Origin: Octopus sinensis
Lineage: Eukaryota
Direction: 5' to 3'
Assembly: GCF_006345805.1 (NCBI RefSeq)
Contig: NC_043020.1
Span: 11,222,001-11,286,000, forward strand
Length of the DNA stretch: 64,000 nucleotides
Under the pieces are notes generated by a model, which saw only the letters and a list, made by a program, of their open reading frames with translations, was not told the origin of the DNA and searched no databases. Below are positions 1 to 12,097 of the stretch, in pieces. The first letter of the stretch is position 1. Each line of letters begins with the position of its first letter. The position numbers and the translations under genes are program-made.

Positions 1-325
1 TTCTGTTGGTTGGCGATGAAGTGTATCAGGCTTTAATATTTGCTCATCACATGACCAGCAGCTTTTCCTTCGGAATTTTGGGTGATTATGGTACATTTTA
101 GAAAAATAAGTAAGGAGTCGATATCCTCCACCATCATCACTACAAGAAATGCAGACTGTTTTAGCTAAAGAACGGACAAAAATCCTTTGGAAACAATTCG
201 AACTTTGTACAAGTCCATACCTTGTAGAATTCAAGCTGTAATTACTGCCAAAGGCCATCCTACCCCATATTAAAATAAATTTGTTTGAAATTTTTAGGTG
301 TTTCTATTATTTATCCAACCATTGT
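1..325 (+). mobile_element. Tc1-like transposase 3' remnant
   Basis: Frameshifted translation YPPPSSLQEMQTVLAKE / PLETIRTLYKSIPCRIQAVITAKGHPTPY* (stop 271-273) resembles the Tc1-family C-terminus. Confidence 0.7.
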
Positions 326-553
326 GTTACGAGTTTAATTCGTTCTGTGACGGAGCTCGTAACTCATATGTCAACTCTTATTAACTCATTGAAATGAATT
401 AAAATATCATCAATCCGTTCCACTCCTCATGCCACATAAAAAAAAAAATTTTTTTGTGACGTGTTTTTAAATAAGAAAAAACATTGTACAACAAACATTG
501 TACTAAAAAAAAACCCAACAAAATAGATTCTATTTTGTTGGGTTTAATAGAAT

Positions 554-879
554 CGCACGGCTCAGTGGTTAGAGCGTCGAGCTTACGATCGTGAGGTTGT
601 GAGCTCGAATCCCGGACCGGGCTGCGTGTTGTGTTCTTGAGCAAAACACTTTATTTCACGTTGCTCCAGTTCACTCAGCTGTAGAAATGAGTTGCGACGT
701 CACTGGTGCCAAGCTGTATCGGCCTTTGCTTTTCCCTTGGATAACACTGGTGGCGTGGAGAGGGGAGGCTGGTATGCATGGGCGACTGCTGGTCTTCCAT
801 AAACAACCTTGCCCGGACTTGTGTCTAGGAGGGTAACTTTCTAGGTGCAATCCCATGGTCATTCATGACCGAAGGGGTC
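554..879 (+). mobile_element. tRNA-derived SINE (label SINE-E), full length
   Basis: A box ggctcagtggttagagc, B box gctcgaatccc, CORE-like gtgttcttgagcaaaacac; 11-bp TSD tttaatagaat at 543-553 and 880-890. Confidence 0.85.
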
Positions 880-1143
880 TTTAATAGAATGTACTGCAAT
901 AAACTTGGTTATATTAAGCATAATGGACAGCATTTACATTGGAGATCAAACGACTTTAGAATGCTGACGGAGATAGAAGAGAAAGTCTGAACTGAATAAC
1001 TGAATCTTATTCGCCGATTTTTGCCCTTTTAGCCACTCTTACCTCACTTTCATCTGCAGGAGTTTTCAATAAAAACCTGTCCGATAAAGTCTGTTTCATT
1101 CTCACTTTAAAAGTGTTTCTGAAATGAGTTAGGCTCTCTCTCT

Positions 1144-1424
1144 ATCCGCTCAGTCGAAGTCGACTCTCGGTCACTCGTTGGATCAGTGTCCTCCAGTCAG
1201 TTCTATCCTGGGCCGCTTCTTTCAGCCTGGCTATGTCCATTCCGGTATCACTCTTGATGGTGTCAAGCCAGTGGGTTCTTGGTCAGCCTCTTCCTCTCTT
1301 GCCACTGACCATTCCGAGCATGATGTCCTTCTCTAGGGATTTTCTCCGCATAATATGACCAAAATATGCCAATCTATGCTTGGTGATCCTAGCTTCTAGC
1401 GACATTTTCGGCCTGATCTGCTTA

Positions 1425-1426
<2 letters not shown>
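1144..1426 (-). mobile_element. RTE-clade LINE 3' end, copy 1
   Basis: Minus strand encodes YFGHIMRRKSLEKDIMLGMVSGKRGRG-type RTE ORF C-terminus; near-identical to 1467-1702. Confidence 0.85.
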
Positions 1427-1466
<40 letters not shown>

Positions 1467-1471
<5 letters not shown>

Positions 1472-1702
1472 CTCAGTCGAAGTCGACTCTCGGTCACTCG
1501 TTGGATCAGTGTCCTCCAGTCAGTTCTATCCTGGGCCGCTTCTTTCAGATTGGCTATGTCCATTCCGGTATCATTCTTGATGGTGTCAAGCCAGCGGGTT
1601 CTTGGTCGGCCTCTTCCTCTCTTGCCACTGACCATTCCGAGCATGATGTCCTTCTCTAGGGATTTTCTCCACATAATATGACCGAAATATGCCAATCTAT
1701 GC
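1467..1702 (-). mobile_element. RTE-clade LINE 3' end, copy 2
   Basis: YFGHIMWRKSLEKDIMLGMVSGKRGRGRPRTRWLDTIK (ORF 1396-1695); separated from copy 1 by (TA)n. Confidence 0.85.
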
Positions 1703-1709
1703 CATTAAA

Positions 1710-2199
1710 TAGCGTCTTCACTCTCCCAGTTGCCAATGTTTTCTGGGTGTTTCTTTTGAATAAAGTCTGAAAGTTCCTCCCACATTCCCAACATCGCATT
1801 GGTAGAGATAACTTCTTCCGTCTCCTCAGCATCACCTATTTCTTGCAAAACCTCCGTATGCCGCTGCATCTATAGTTCTTCCGTTGTCAGTTCCTCAGAG
1901 TGCACTTCGATCAGCTCATTCATGTCGCCTTTATCCACGGGCCCATGGACTTGTCGAAGGATACAATCTCCTCCCCACCACTACCCTCTCGGGTTCGAGT
2001 CTTTCAAAGTCCGTTTCAGACACAACTTCAGGCCACAGCTTCTTCCACGCAGAGGTCGAGGTCCTCTTTGTAACATCCTACCAGGCCATATCGATAATTC
2101 TGAGGCATATCACGATGTTATAGTGGTCCTTCCAGAACTCTCGAAGGGTGAGTTTTGTGCTCTCCGTCACCTCAAAGCAGCGGTGGAACAGGTGCTTGG
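1710..2199 (-). mobile_element. Tigger/pogo transposase C-terminal remnant
   Basis: KHLFHRCFEVTESTKLTLREFWKDHYNIVICLRIIDMAW*DVTKRTSTSAWKKLWPEVV is typical of Tigger-type DDE_1 transposases; internal stop. Confidence 0.8.
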
Positions 2200-2375
2200 C
2201 GAAACCCTATTAGTCATGGGATCTGTTAATTTGTTAATAGGAGCAAATTGGACTGCCTCTGCTGCACCTTTAATGATCACCCATACGACATCTTTGGACG
2301 TAAATTGGCGTCCATCAGCGCAAATATCTTGTCCAATGATTGACCAAAGATTTTCGATAGGGTTGTAGCGTACAC
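2200..2375 (-). mobile_element. Tc1-like transposase fragment
   Basis: NPIENLWSIIGQDICADGRQFTSKDVVW matches the Tc1 (SPDL)NPIENLW region. Confidence 0.7.
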
Positions 2376-2593
2376 TCAAGTGAAATTTTTTTAATGTATC
2401 ATATAGATTTAACTTTTGGCGCTGAATCCGAATTTATTATTCATTTATTCATTTATTCCAGAAAATTTTGCGATAATATTACAGATGTTGAAAGTTTGAT
2501 AATTTTCAGAATTTTCAGCCAATTTCGTTACTCCTTCCGTCATCGGTGGGGGGCAGACACCAGCATGTTGGAACATTAAACTAGCTACAGTAA

Positions 2594-2886
2594 ACAGTGA
2601 AAAACATTAAAACATTCACGGGCAATTTTTTTAATATTTAAAAGCTACGAACAAACCAACAGGAGTTGCTAGAAATAACAGTCAAAGTTATCAGTGAAAA
2701 CATTAAAACATTCACGAGTAATTTTTTTTAATATTTAAAAGCTAACAAACCAACAGGAGTTGCTAGGAATAACAGCCAAAGTTATCAGTGAAAACCGTGA
2801 AAAACATGAAAACATTCGCGAGTAAATTAAATATTTTAAAAGCTAAGAGTAAACCAACAGGAGTTACGAGAAATAATAGTCAAAAC
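2594..2886. repeat. Three-copy ~95-100 bp minisatellite
   Basis: Repeated aaaacattaaaacattcacg...aaaccaacaggagttgctag...caaagttatcagtg. Confidence 0.85.
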
Positions 2887-3720
2887 ATTGCTTAAAGCAG
2901 ACATTTATTAGTTTAAAGAACGAAAGTTTGCAATACACTCTAGGATTTTATAAAATAAATTATCTTTCTCATATCTCCTTCTCTACATAAATTCCCAAAG
3001 ATTAGAGTCAACCATGGAATGGTGTGTCTCACACCGGCGTTTGTTTCCACACTTTAAAAGTGCCCGAGTACTTTCAGTTTGTTGAGTGTAGGTCCCATCT
3101 GTTATGAAAAGAAATAATTATAGAACATGTGGTTGTTACACTCCTTGTGCACATGCGCAGAGTTCTTTGCCTTAGTGATGTGTAAAATACTTGCCTCTGT
3201 GTGGCTAAAATACCCAAATTTTACAAATTTTAAAGGCTAATAAGTTTTTAATTATGGATTTATAGGAGGAGAAATGAATTTTATTTTCATAATTAACATA
3301 CAAAATAATTGGAACAAAATTGTAGACAGTGATAAAACCACAAAGATCTAGCCAGTGTAATTATCAAATAAACTGGAAAAAATTTCGAACATAAAAGGTA
3401 TATAAACCAACTTTAAAAAAAGATTTACAAAAGAAGCAGTTACGTGAGATGAAATTCCCATAGAAATTTTTTTCTTTTTCGGAACGTTTCAAGTACCTAC
3501 ACCTAAACAAATTGAAACTACACGTTCAAGTAGCAGAAACAGGAAAAGAACGGAAATTAAACTCTGGGCGGAGTTTAATTCTCAAAAAGGGGAGAAGTTA
3601 TGAGATGCTAATTCTCAAAAAGGAGAGATGTTGTGGAAGGATCCTGACCACCCCCACGTGACTGAAAGTGGAGCGATGCATTTCAATAAAATAAAGAACT
3701 GTGGGAACTATCATAGTGGA

Positions 3721-4105
3721 TGGAAGCACTCCGTCGGTTACGACGACGAGGGTTCCGGTTGATCCGAATCAACGGAACAGCCTGCTCGTGAAATTAACGT
3801 GTAAGTGGCTGAGCACTCCACAGACACGTGTACCCTAACGTATTTCTCGGATATTCAGCGTGACACAGAGAGTGACCAGGCTGACCCTTTGAAATACAGG
3901 TACAACAGAAACAGGAAGTAAGAGTGAGAGAAAGTTGTGGTGAAAGAGTACATCAGGGATCCACCACCATCCCTGCCGGAGCCTCGTGGAGCTTTAAGGT
4001 GTTTTTCGCTCAATAAACACTCACAACGCCGCGGTCTGGGAATCGAAATCACGATCCTATGACCACGCGAGTCCGCTGCCCTAACCACTGGGCCATTGCG
4101 CCTCC
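3721..4105 (-). mobile_element. tRNA-derived SINE-B, tail type 1
   Basis: Head ggaggcgcaatggcccagtggttagggcag, B box gatttcgattccc; whole element matches 36580-36964. Confidence 0.85.
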
Positions 4106-4214
4106 TTCTGTCATAGTAGTAGACAGTGGTACAGTTGATGGTGTTGATCGTCCGTATTTTAGTTACTGTGTTAGTTTAATATAGTTACGATATTAAACTA
4201 ACAATAATGCCAAG

Positions 4215-4318
4215 AGAAAAAGATGTTTTATAAACACATTCTACCAGTATACAAAGTTTAAAAGTGTTTAGTTCCCTAGAAATTATGTTAAAAACCGCCG
4301 TTCAAACCGAAAAGATCC
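4215..4318. mobile_element. One-ended fragment of the GGATC-TIR MITE
   Basis: Ends ccgttcaaaccgaaaagatcc, matching the terminus of full copies at 15179, 34566, 49383 and 51410. Confidence 0.8.
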
Positions 4319-4394
4319 TATTGTAGATATCCATATTCAAATATTTATTTGGGTAGTACTATTCTTATCCCCGATGTGTACACTCACGTTATAA

Positions 4395-4822
4395 CACACT
4401 CTGTCGTACATGCACACTGACATTGCACATCCAGTGCCTTGTTTCCCTGGGCATGGATTCACTGAAGCTCCGGCGTCTGGCGACGGACTTGGTAAACACC
4501 CACAAAGTTATCAACCACCTCACCAACAACAATACTGAACACCTTTTTGATCTCCATGTGTCTAACACACGTGGACATGCCTACAAAGTCAGAAAACAAC
4601 ACAGCTCCCTAGACTTTCGGAAACATTTTTTCACGCTCAGAGTTGCTGAAGCATGAATAAACTGCCTGCGTCAGTTGTTGACTGCCATGCACTGCATTCC
4701 TTTAAGGCCCCCATGCTTTCCGAAATCCGCCGAAACTACACCTGATTATATATACACTTTAGATGAGTTTGTAGTGCACCTGAGCACTGTACACAATTAT
4801 TATTATTATTATTATTATTATT
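4395..4822 (+). mobile_element. CR1-group LINE 3' end
   Basis: SLKLRRLATDLVNTHKVI...SNTRGHAYKVRKQHSSLDFRKHFFTLRVAEA(WN)KLP; (ATT)n tail 4795-4822. Confidence 0.85.
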
Positions 4823-4940
4823 TCTTTCAAGCCTACATATGTTCTCTCGGTGGTCACAGCTCATATTTCACTGCCATGTAGATGCTGTTCGCACACAGGT
4901 GGTATACAGTCTGCCTTTCACTCTGAGCGGCAAGCTGCAC

Positions 4941-4985
<45 letters not shown>

Positions 4986-5104
4986 CACGCCGGTGACTTC
5001 ACCTTTACCGACCAGGCTATCAGATGTTGTACACATCGCTCTGGTGTACTCTACTCTTTTACGAGTTCCTTTTTCTTCAAATGACCCACCCCCCACCCCG
5101 TGGC

Positions 5105-5305
5105 TCGCTAGCAGGCAACAGAAGAAGAGTGGGTAGAGTAAGTTGTGGCGAAAGAGTACTGCAGGGATCGCTCCACCTACCCCACCCCCTCAGGAGCCTC
5201 GTGGAGCTTTTGGGTTTTTTCGTTCATAAACTCTCTCAACGCCCTCGCGCAATTTCCGACCGCAAGTTCGTTAACCAACCTACCCTAACCACTGGGCCTT
5301 GCGCC
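5105..5305 (-). mobile_element. SINE-B, truncated and degenerate
   Basis: tRNA-like head ...ccctaaccactgggccttgcgcc plus gaaagttgtggcgaaagagtac body shared with other SINE-B copies. Confidence 0.7.
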
Positions 5306-5439
5306 ATATATATATGTATGTATGTATTATATATATTATATATATTTATATCATCATCATCATCATCATCATCATCATATCGTCGTCGTTTCCGATCCGC
5401 TTCCATGCTGGCATTGATTTGGGCCAGTTTGACAAGAAC

Positions 5440-5851
5440 GGTGCCAGATATATATAATATATATAATATTAATATTATATTTATAGATATATCATATATA
5501 TATATACATTATATCTATATATTATTATTATATATTATATATTTATATATATATATACTATATATTACATCTATATATACTATAATATACATATATATAT
5601 GTATCTATATATCGACTACTTTATATCTATATATTACATATATGCTCGTAATCTATAGGTATATATATAGGTATATACATATCCTATACTATATAATGTG
5701 TCATAATATATATTATATACGATAATCTATATATATATACTATACAATATATACTACAAATATATTCCATATAATATGGTATATATATATATATATGTAT
5801 CTATATCTATACATTATATCTTTCATTGTATGTATATATTATACTACTCTT

Positions 5852-5882
<31 letters not shown>

Positions 5883-5985
5883 TTATATATATATATATAT
5901 ATATAATATATATATATATTATATATATCTATCTATATATATAATCTATATAATTATATATATTATATTACATATATATAATATG
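5440..5985. repeat. Degenerate (TA)n low-complexity tract
   Basis: Almost pure A/T dinucleotide pattern; source of spurious YI-rich ORFs. Confidence 0.95.
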
Positions 5986-5987
5986 TC

Positions 5988-6570
5988 TCCCCACCACAAT
6001 ACAAGGTATCATAAAAGTTGACGCACCTCAAGGGGCAATCCAAAAAAGATAGTGGCATGACAGGCCTCGACTATTGGGGTCGACTAGAAAAGCTAAAACT
6101 CTATTCTCTCCAACGTTTCGGTCGTGAGCGCTACAACAAAATCATCTGCATGATCGTGGAAAATATTCCATCAGCATTGCCCCAATGATGTTGGCATCGC
6201 CTAAGGTACATCCATAGGCTTGGCCCCGCCATGCCATCCGCCCAAAACAAAATATCACCATCATCTCATAACAACAAGACGGCAACCATTATTTCATCTC
6301 AATTGGCCCCCCCGCTCGCTTTAACATTACAGCCAAACACATTAAATAAACTGACCCTTAGGTTTCAAGAAGTCCTTTGGACAATTTCCTTCAAGAAATC
6401 CCGATAAACCCCCTACACCCGGATATGTCTCTGTAAACAATACTATCTCTACTTGATTGGGCCATAGTGCCCCAAATTCCCTACTTAAAGACTTCACCAG
6501 GGTTATATTAAGTTGACAATGATGGGCCAATAATGGCCGAAACCTATCAATAGTATCAAAGTATCAAAGT
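5988..6570 (+). mobile_element. CR1/L2-group LINE 3' end
   Basis: Frameshifted GMTGLDYWGRLEKLKLYSLQR...FLQEIPDKPPTPGYVS; (tatcaaag)n tail at 6544-6570. Confidence 0.75.
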
Positions 6571-6751
6571 ATATATTATATATATTATATATATACTATA
6601 TATATATACATATATATCATATATATCTAGTTATATATATATAATATATATATATGTTATATATATATATATATATATATTATTATTATATAAATTAGAG
6701 ACACAAACCACATTAGGCAAATCAAACAATGAAAAACTTAAGCCAATATAT

Positions 6752-6794
<43 letters not shown>

Positions 6795-6896
6795 TATATA
6801 TATATTATATATATATATATAATTATATATATATATTATATATATTATATTATATATATATATATATAACTCAGAAAGAATCAACATATGGATTAG

Positions 6897-7880
6897 GTTT
6901 TTTAGTACGTTCGTTCATACAGGACAGTTTTTATATTAAAGTTGCAAAGATTACAGCATATAAACGAGTCCCGTACTCATTCAGCTAAAATACATGTAAT
7001 TTCCCTAGACATCCTAGTGTTTGAGGCTATACTCATGTAAAGTATGTAGATATTAAAGATTTCTCAAGTTGCATTAAGTTCTTTAAATATGATGTCAGGT
7101 CTTATCACAGAAGTTTAAAAAAGTTTTGATAGCATCGCACAGAGAAGGTGACCAATCCCATATGATTTCCTCCATAGTATGATGAGGGATTATAATACTC
7201 ACAGAAGACAAATTTTTATCCATTGTTTTTACAACGAGTGGGTCTCCAATTCCCCTGCTTATTAGCATTACCAAGAGCGGGTGAATTAATCCTTTGTATA
7301 TATGCACAATTCCAATGGTGTAGATGTAAATTTCCAGAGAAATGGAAATTGATTTCATATTCCACGGTGATAATTTTAACCATGGTTGAACACATGAGGT
7401 AGGTATCAATCCTTGTTATAAGATTAGGTGTTTCCCACATAATCAAATTACTGCTATTCACAAGAGGCTGTAGACTATTTACTCTTAAAGGCTGAATGTC
7501 TTACTAGATCGGCCAAGATAGAAAAAGGGATAAAATAAAAGAGAGAAAAAATGGTAGGAGGGAGTCAAAGGGGGGGGAGAGGGGACTAAGAAGACAAGAG
7601 AAAAGAAACAGATAAAGTATAAGAAGAAAAAGAAAAAGAGAAAATAGAAAGAAATTTTTTTACAAATTCTGTGATAAGACTGTACATCATCTTTAAAGAA
7701 CTTTAATGAACTTAGAAATCTGTTTAATTATCTACATTACTTCCATGAGTATAGCCTCAAACCCTAGGATGTCTAGGGACTTACTGTATTTTAGCTGATG
7801 AAGTACGGGACTCGTTTATATGCTGTAATCTTTGCAACCTTTTAATAAACCTGTCCTTGTATGAAACGATCGTACTAAAC
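6897..7880. mobile_element. Probable Penelope-like element remnant bounded by ~220-bp inverted repeats
   Basis: 6897-7115 is the reverse complement of about 7655-7880; the spacer minus strand has a YVGNT..NL..RI motif reminiscent of GIY-YIG; family assignment is inference. Confidence 0.45.
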
Positions 7881-8029
7881 CTTCCATTCTTGTTGCTTCT
7901 TTCTCGCTTATAATCACCCCACATTACTGGTATTGGTTTAAATCAGTATAGTTTTTTTATTTTGTGCAATCTAAGTTAGGTACCCTATATCAAGTAAATT
8001 TTTAAAATTAACTTGAATCTTTTATTGCT

Positions 8030-8064
8030 CTTATATATAGATATATATATATATATATTATAAT

Positions 8065-8097
<33 letters not shown>

Positions 8098-8104
8098 TAT
8101 ATAT

Positions 8105-8147
<43 letters not shown>

Positions 8148-8325
8148 CTATCTCTTTATCTATATATATATATATAATATATATATTATATTATATATCT
8201 ATATATATATATATATAATTCTATCTATCATCGCTATATATATATATATATATATATAATCTATCTATCTATCTATATATATATATAAATATATATATCT
8301 TATAGTATATATATATATATATACT

Positions 8326-8356
<31 letters not shown>

Positions 8357-8460
8357 CTATATATATATATATATAATATACATATATATATATATATTTA
8401 TATATAATAGCACACCCACCACACACACACACACACACACACACACCACACATATATATA
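8030..8460. repeat. (TA)n/(TCTA)n/(CA)n compound microsatellite
   Basis: Direct inspection. Confidence 0.95.
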
Positions 8461-8837
8461 TAATATATAGAGGGAGGATCGAGAGAGAGGTGGGAACAGA
8501 GAGAGGGAGAGAAAGCAAATCTGATTCCATGCTATTTTAATTAGAAAAAAGGAAAAACAAGATTCAGTATTGTTTACTGGAGAGGAAATAATTTTATTTT
8601 ATAATAAGGGTAAACATATTGTAACCAGCCAGGTTACTGATCTACCCAGTAAACAAAACAATGTAAAATGTATTATTTCTTAAGTGGTGTATAACAAAGA
8701 GCTGTTTTGTTCCATCTCATTACATCTATCTAAATTTAATTCACCTTTTGTTTATTTTCTCAAGACGTACAGCCATGTGTGTGTGTGTGGCTTAGAAGTA
8801 AACTTCCAGATTGTGTGACCTTGGGTTATATCGGTTT

Positions 8838-8997
8838 CTTTATTACCCACAAGGGGCTGAACATAGAGGGGACAAGCAAGGACAGACTAACGGATTGAGT
8901 CGATTACATCGACCCCAGTGCGTAACTGGTACTTAATTTAACTGGTACTTAATTTTTCGCCCGGCGTGCTAACGTTTCTGCCAGCTCGCCACCTTTG
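8838..8997 (-). mobile_element. SINE-C, internally deleted
   Basis: Tail ccccttgtgggtaataaagaaa and head ggcgagctggcagaaacgttagcacgccgggcg joined directly. Confidence 0.8.
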
Positions 8998-9132
8998 GGT
9001 TATATCATACTGTGTCACACCTTGGGCTAGTGCCTTCTGCTATGGTCCCAGGCCAACCAAAGCCTTGTAAGAGCATTTGGTTGATGGAAACCCGCTATAT
9101 AAGATGTGGTCCTTTAGAAGAGCAGACATGTT

Positions 9133-9330
9133 TCTCTCTCTCTGTCTCTCTGTTTCTCTCTCTCTTTCCCTCTCTCTCCTCTTTCTCTCCTTTCTCTCCC
9201 TCTTTCTCTCTCCCTCCCTCTCTCTCTCTCCTCTCTCTCCTCTCTCTTTTTCTCTCTCTCTTTCTCTCTCCCCCTCTCTCTTTCTCCCTCCCCCCTCACT
9301 CTTTCTCTTCCCCCTCTCTCTCTTCTATCT
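9133..9330. repeat. (CT)-rich polypyrimidine microsatellite
   Basis: Direct inspection. Confidence 0.95.
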
Positions 9331-9499
9331 TTCCTCTTTTCAAAAAAACGTTTCTCCCAGCGTTCACAATTTTCCTCTCTATCTGGTCCAGCAACCCCCC
9401 ATGTTTGTTTCCGTTCAGTTTCCTTGTATGTCTCCGCTGTCATTTTTTTGTTCTTAACTTTGACCCTCCATAAATCCCAAATTTTATTTTAGAATTTAC

Positions 9500-9675
9500 G
9501 GGAACAACTGTCTTTGAAGACTCATATTGTTGTTGAATGCTCGAAATAAGGAGCAGACAGCCGACAACTGATGAAGGGTCCTTTCTCAGTGTTTACTTGT
9601 TTTGTTTTCCATTTTTCTTGTTGTTTCCTTATTTCATGTTATTTGTACAATTGGTGACGTCCTGGACCCATATAT
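9500..9675 (+). mobile_element. Terminal fragment of a repeat family ending gtcctgtacccatatatgcat (possibly Penelope-derived)
   Basis: Related ends at 12918-13130 (-) and about 32330-32400; shared gacaactga(t/a)gaaggg motif. Confidence 0.45.
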
Positions 9676-9729
9676 GCATTTATATATGTATATACATATA
9701 TTATATATTATATATTATTTATTATTTAT

Positions 9730-9762
<33 letters not shown>

Positions 9763-9789
9763 ACATATGTATGTATGTAGGTAGGTATA

Positions 9790-10066
9790 TCATCATCGTT
9801 TAGCGTCCGCTTTCCATGCTAGCATAGGTTGGACGGTTCAACTGGCGGTCTGGGAAGCCAGAAGGCTGCACCAGGCCCAGCCTGATCTGGCAATGTTTCT
9901 ACGGCTGGATGCCCTTCCTAATGCCAACCACTCTGTGAGTGTAGTGGGTGCTTTTTACGTGCCACCGACATAGGTGCAAGATGAGGCTGGCAAACAGCCA
10001 CGATTGGATGGTGCTTTTTACGTGGCGCCGGCACAGGAACCAGGCGAGGCTGGCAATGGCCACAAT
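9790..10066 (-). mobile_element. Retroposon D (5'-truncated, RTE-like tail)
   Basis: ttaggaagggcatccagc core, tail ...agcatggaaagcggacgctaaacgatgatg; internal ~55-bp repeats. Confidence 0.8.
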
Positions 10067-10103
<37 letters not shown>

Positions 10104-10756
10104 TGTATGTATGTATGTATGTATGTAGGTAGGTATATATATATATATATATATATAAGGAAAAATAAGAAAATGGAGATAAAAATGATAATTGATAAAC
10201 GTCAATTACTATTTATTGATTACAAAAAAGGCAATATCTCATCTAACAGCTGTTTGATATCCCATACAGTTTTCATGATGAGAAATTTTTTTGGTTTTAG
10301 CTCATGCATTATATAGAAATTCCAAATTAATGACATGTATGCATGTATTTCATTTATATCATGGAAACATACCTTTAAAATAAATTACATTATTCATTGT
10401 CGCATAGTTCAGATGCAATATTTCATCATTTTAAATTAACCAATCAAGTTCTGTCTGATGAAATAGGTATTTCAACATCTCAGATCGTCCAGTCATAATT
10501 GATGTGATGAAATATTTGATCTCAAATTCAATAAAAGTATAACTGTTTGTATCTATTTCCTGAATTGTTTTACAGTGTTAACAATGTCAAGATAGTGTAG
10601 AAATCATTCTGATGTGTTTTGTTATGTCTGTGGACAATTTATTGTGAAAGCTCAAAAACATACAACACCAGAGATCAAGAAAAGATGTACTTTGACCGCC
10701 CTCTTGGATATCAGGACATATTTTATCTGCTCAGCTTGCTCAAATGGTGTACTTGA

Positions 10757-11172
10757 CTCTCTTTACTCTTACTCTTTTATGCTTTTACTTGTTTCAGTCA
10801 TTTGACTGTGGCCATGCTGGAGCACCACCTTTAGTCGAGCAAATCGACCCCAGGACTTATTCTTTGTAAGCCTAGTACTTATTCTATCGGTCTCTTTTTG
10901 CCAAACCGCTAAGTTATGGGGACGTAAACACACCAGCATCAGTTGTCAACCAATGTTGGGGGGACAAACACAGACACACAAACATATGCATATATATATA
11001 TATATACATATATACGACAGGCTTCTTTCAGTTTCCGTCTACCAAATCCACTCACAAGGCTTTGGTTGGCTCGAGGCTATAGTAGAAGACACTTGCCCAA
11101 GGTGCTACGCAATGGGACTGAACCCAGAACCATGTGGTTAGTAAGCAAGCTACTTACCACACAGCCACTCCT
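10757..11172 (-). mobile_element. tRNA-derived SINE-A, full length
   Basis: Head ggagtggctgtgtggtaagtagcttg, B box ggttcagtccc, CORE-like ccttgggcaagtgtcttctactatagcc, internal microsatellite, tail gactgaaacaagtaaaagag. Confidence 0.9.
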
Positions 11173-11380
11173 AATAATAATAAGAAGTCCATGCCTTTTG
11201 CCATTCCAATGAAAGACCATTTGAATGACTGTTATTTTTGCAAAGTAAATATCACAAGATTTTCTATGAAGAATAAACACAAAATTGTGTTTCCCACTTT
11301 GGATTCCACAATGAGACCTGTGCCTCACAATGGAAGTCTGCCAATTCCAGTTACACCAGATGATGGTATTGAAACATCAG

Positions 11381-11793
11381 GCAGTGAGCTGGCAGAAACG
11401 TTAGCACGCCTTGCGAATGCGTAGCCGTATTTCGTCTGCTGTTACGTTGTGAGTTCAAATTCCGCCGAGGTCGACTTTGCCTTTCATCCTTTCAGGGTCG
11501 ATAAGTTAAGTACTAGTTACGCACTGGGGTCGATGTAATCGACTTAATACCTATGTCTGTCCTTGTTTGTCCCCTCTATGTTTAGCCCCTTGTGGGTAAT
11601 AAAGAAATAGGTATTTCGTCTGCCGTTACGTTCTGAGTTCAAATTCCGCCAAGGTCGACTTTGCCTTTCATCCTTTCAGGGTCGATAAATTAAGTACTAG
11701 TTATGCACTGGGGTCGATGTAATCGACTTAATCCGTTTGTCTGTCCTTGTTCGTCCCCTCTATGTTTAGCCCCTTGTGGGTAATAAAGAAATA
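11381..11793 (+). mobile_element. SINE-C dimer (one headed plus one headless unit)
   Basis: 16-bp TSD ggtattgaaacatcag at 11365-11380 and 11794-11809; central gtcgactttgcctttcatcctttc motif resembles the Meta/MESC SINE domain as I recall it. Confidence 0.9.
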
Positions 11794-12097
11794 GGTATTG
11801 AAACATCAGATGATGTTGCTGACTGTCACGATAGTGCTGCTGAGGAAGATTGTGGCTGATGATGGCTTTGAACCTCCGAAATTTTCCCAAGCTGAACTGA
11901 ATGACCTCGTCAGAGACCTATCCCTTTCAAAAGATAGAGCAGGATGTAAGTGACACTACCTGAGGTGGAGCAGGTAACCCATTTCCATATATCATTTTCA
12001 TTTTTCATGCATTATATCATACGTTTTTGCTTTGTTTTATATGTCTTATGTCCCCACATGTTCGTGTAATGTACCCTCTTCACTTGCCCCTTGTGGG

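Larger units (their letters stand above)
10583..11945 (+). mobile_element. Decayed Chapaev-3-like (CMC) DNA transposase 5' region, split by two SINEs
   Basis: Three collinear pieces: MSR*CRNHSDVFCYVCGQF..ICSACSNG; KKSMPFAIPM..DHLNDCYFC..MRPVPHNGSLPIP; FSQAELNDLVRDLSLSKDRA. Motif order matches the zinc-finger N-terminus I recall for Chapaev-3. Confidence 0.65.

Noticed and set aside
554-625. tRNA-like sequences here and at 4035-4105 and 36580-36650
   Set aside because: Each continues into a SINE body with TSDs or family copies and lacks a clean acceptor stem; these are SINE heads, not tRNA genes
1799-2368. 189-aa plus-strand ORF
   Set aside because: Antisense shadow of the Tigger and Tc1 fragments on the minus strand
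6515-6550. GGCC-AATAAT-GGCC-GAAAC hairpin at a LINE 3' end
   Set aside because: No CTGANGA core; better explained as a LINE 3' stem-loop
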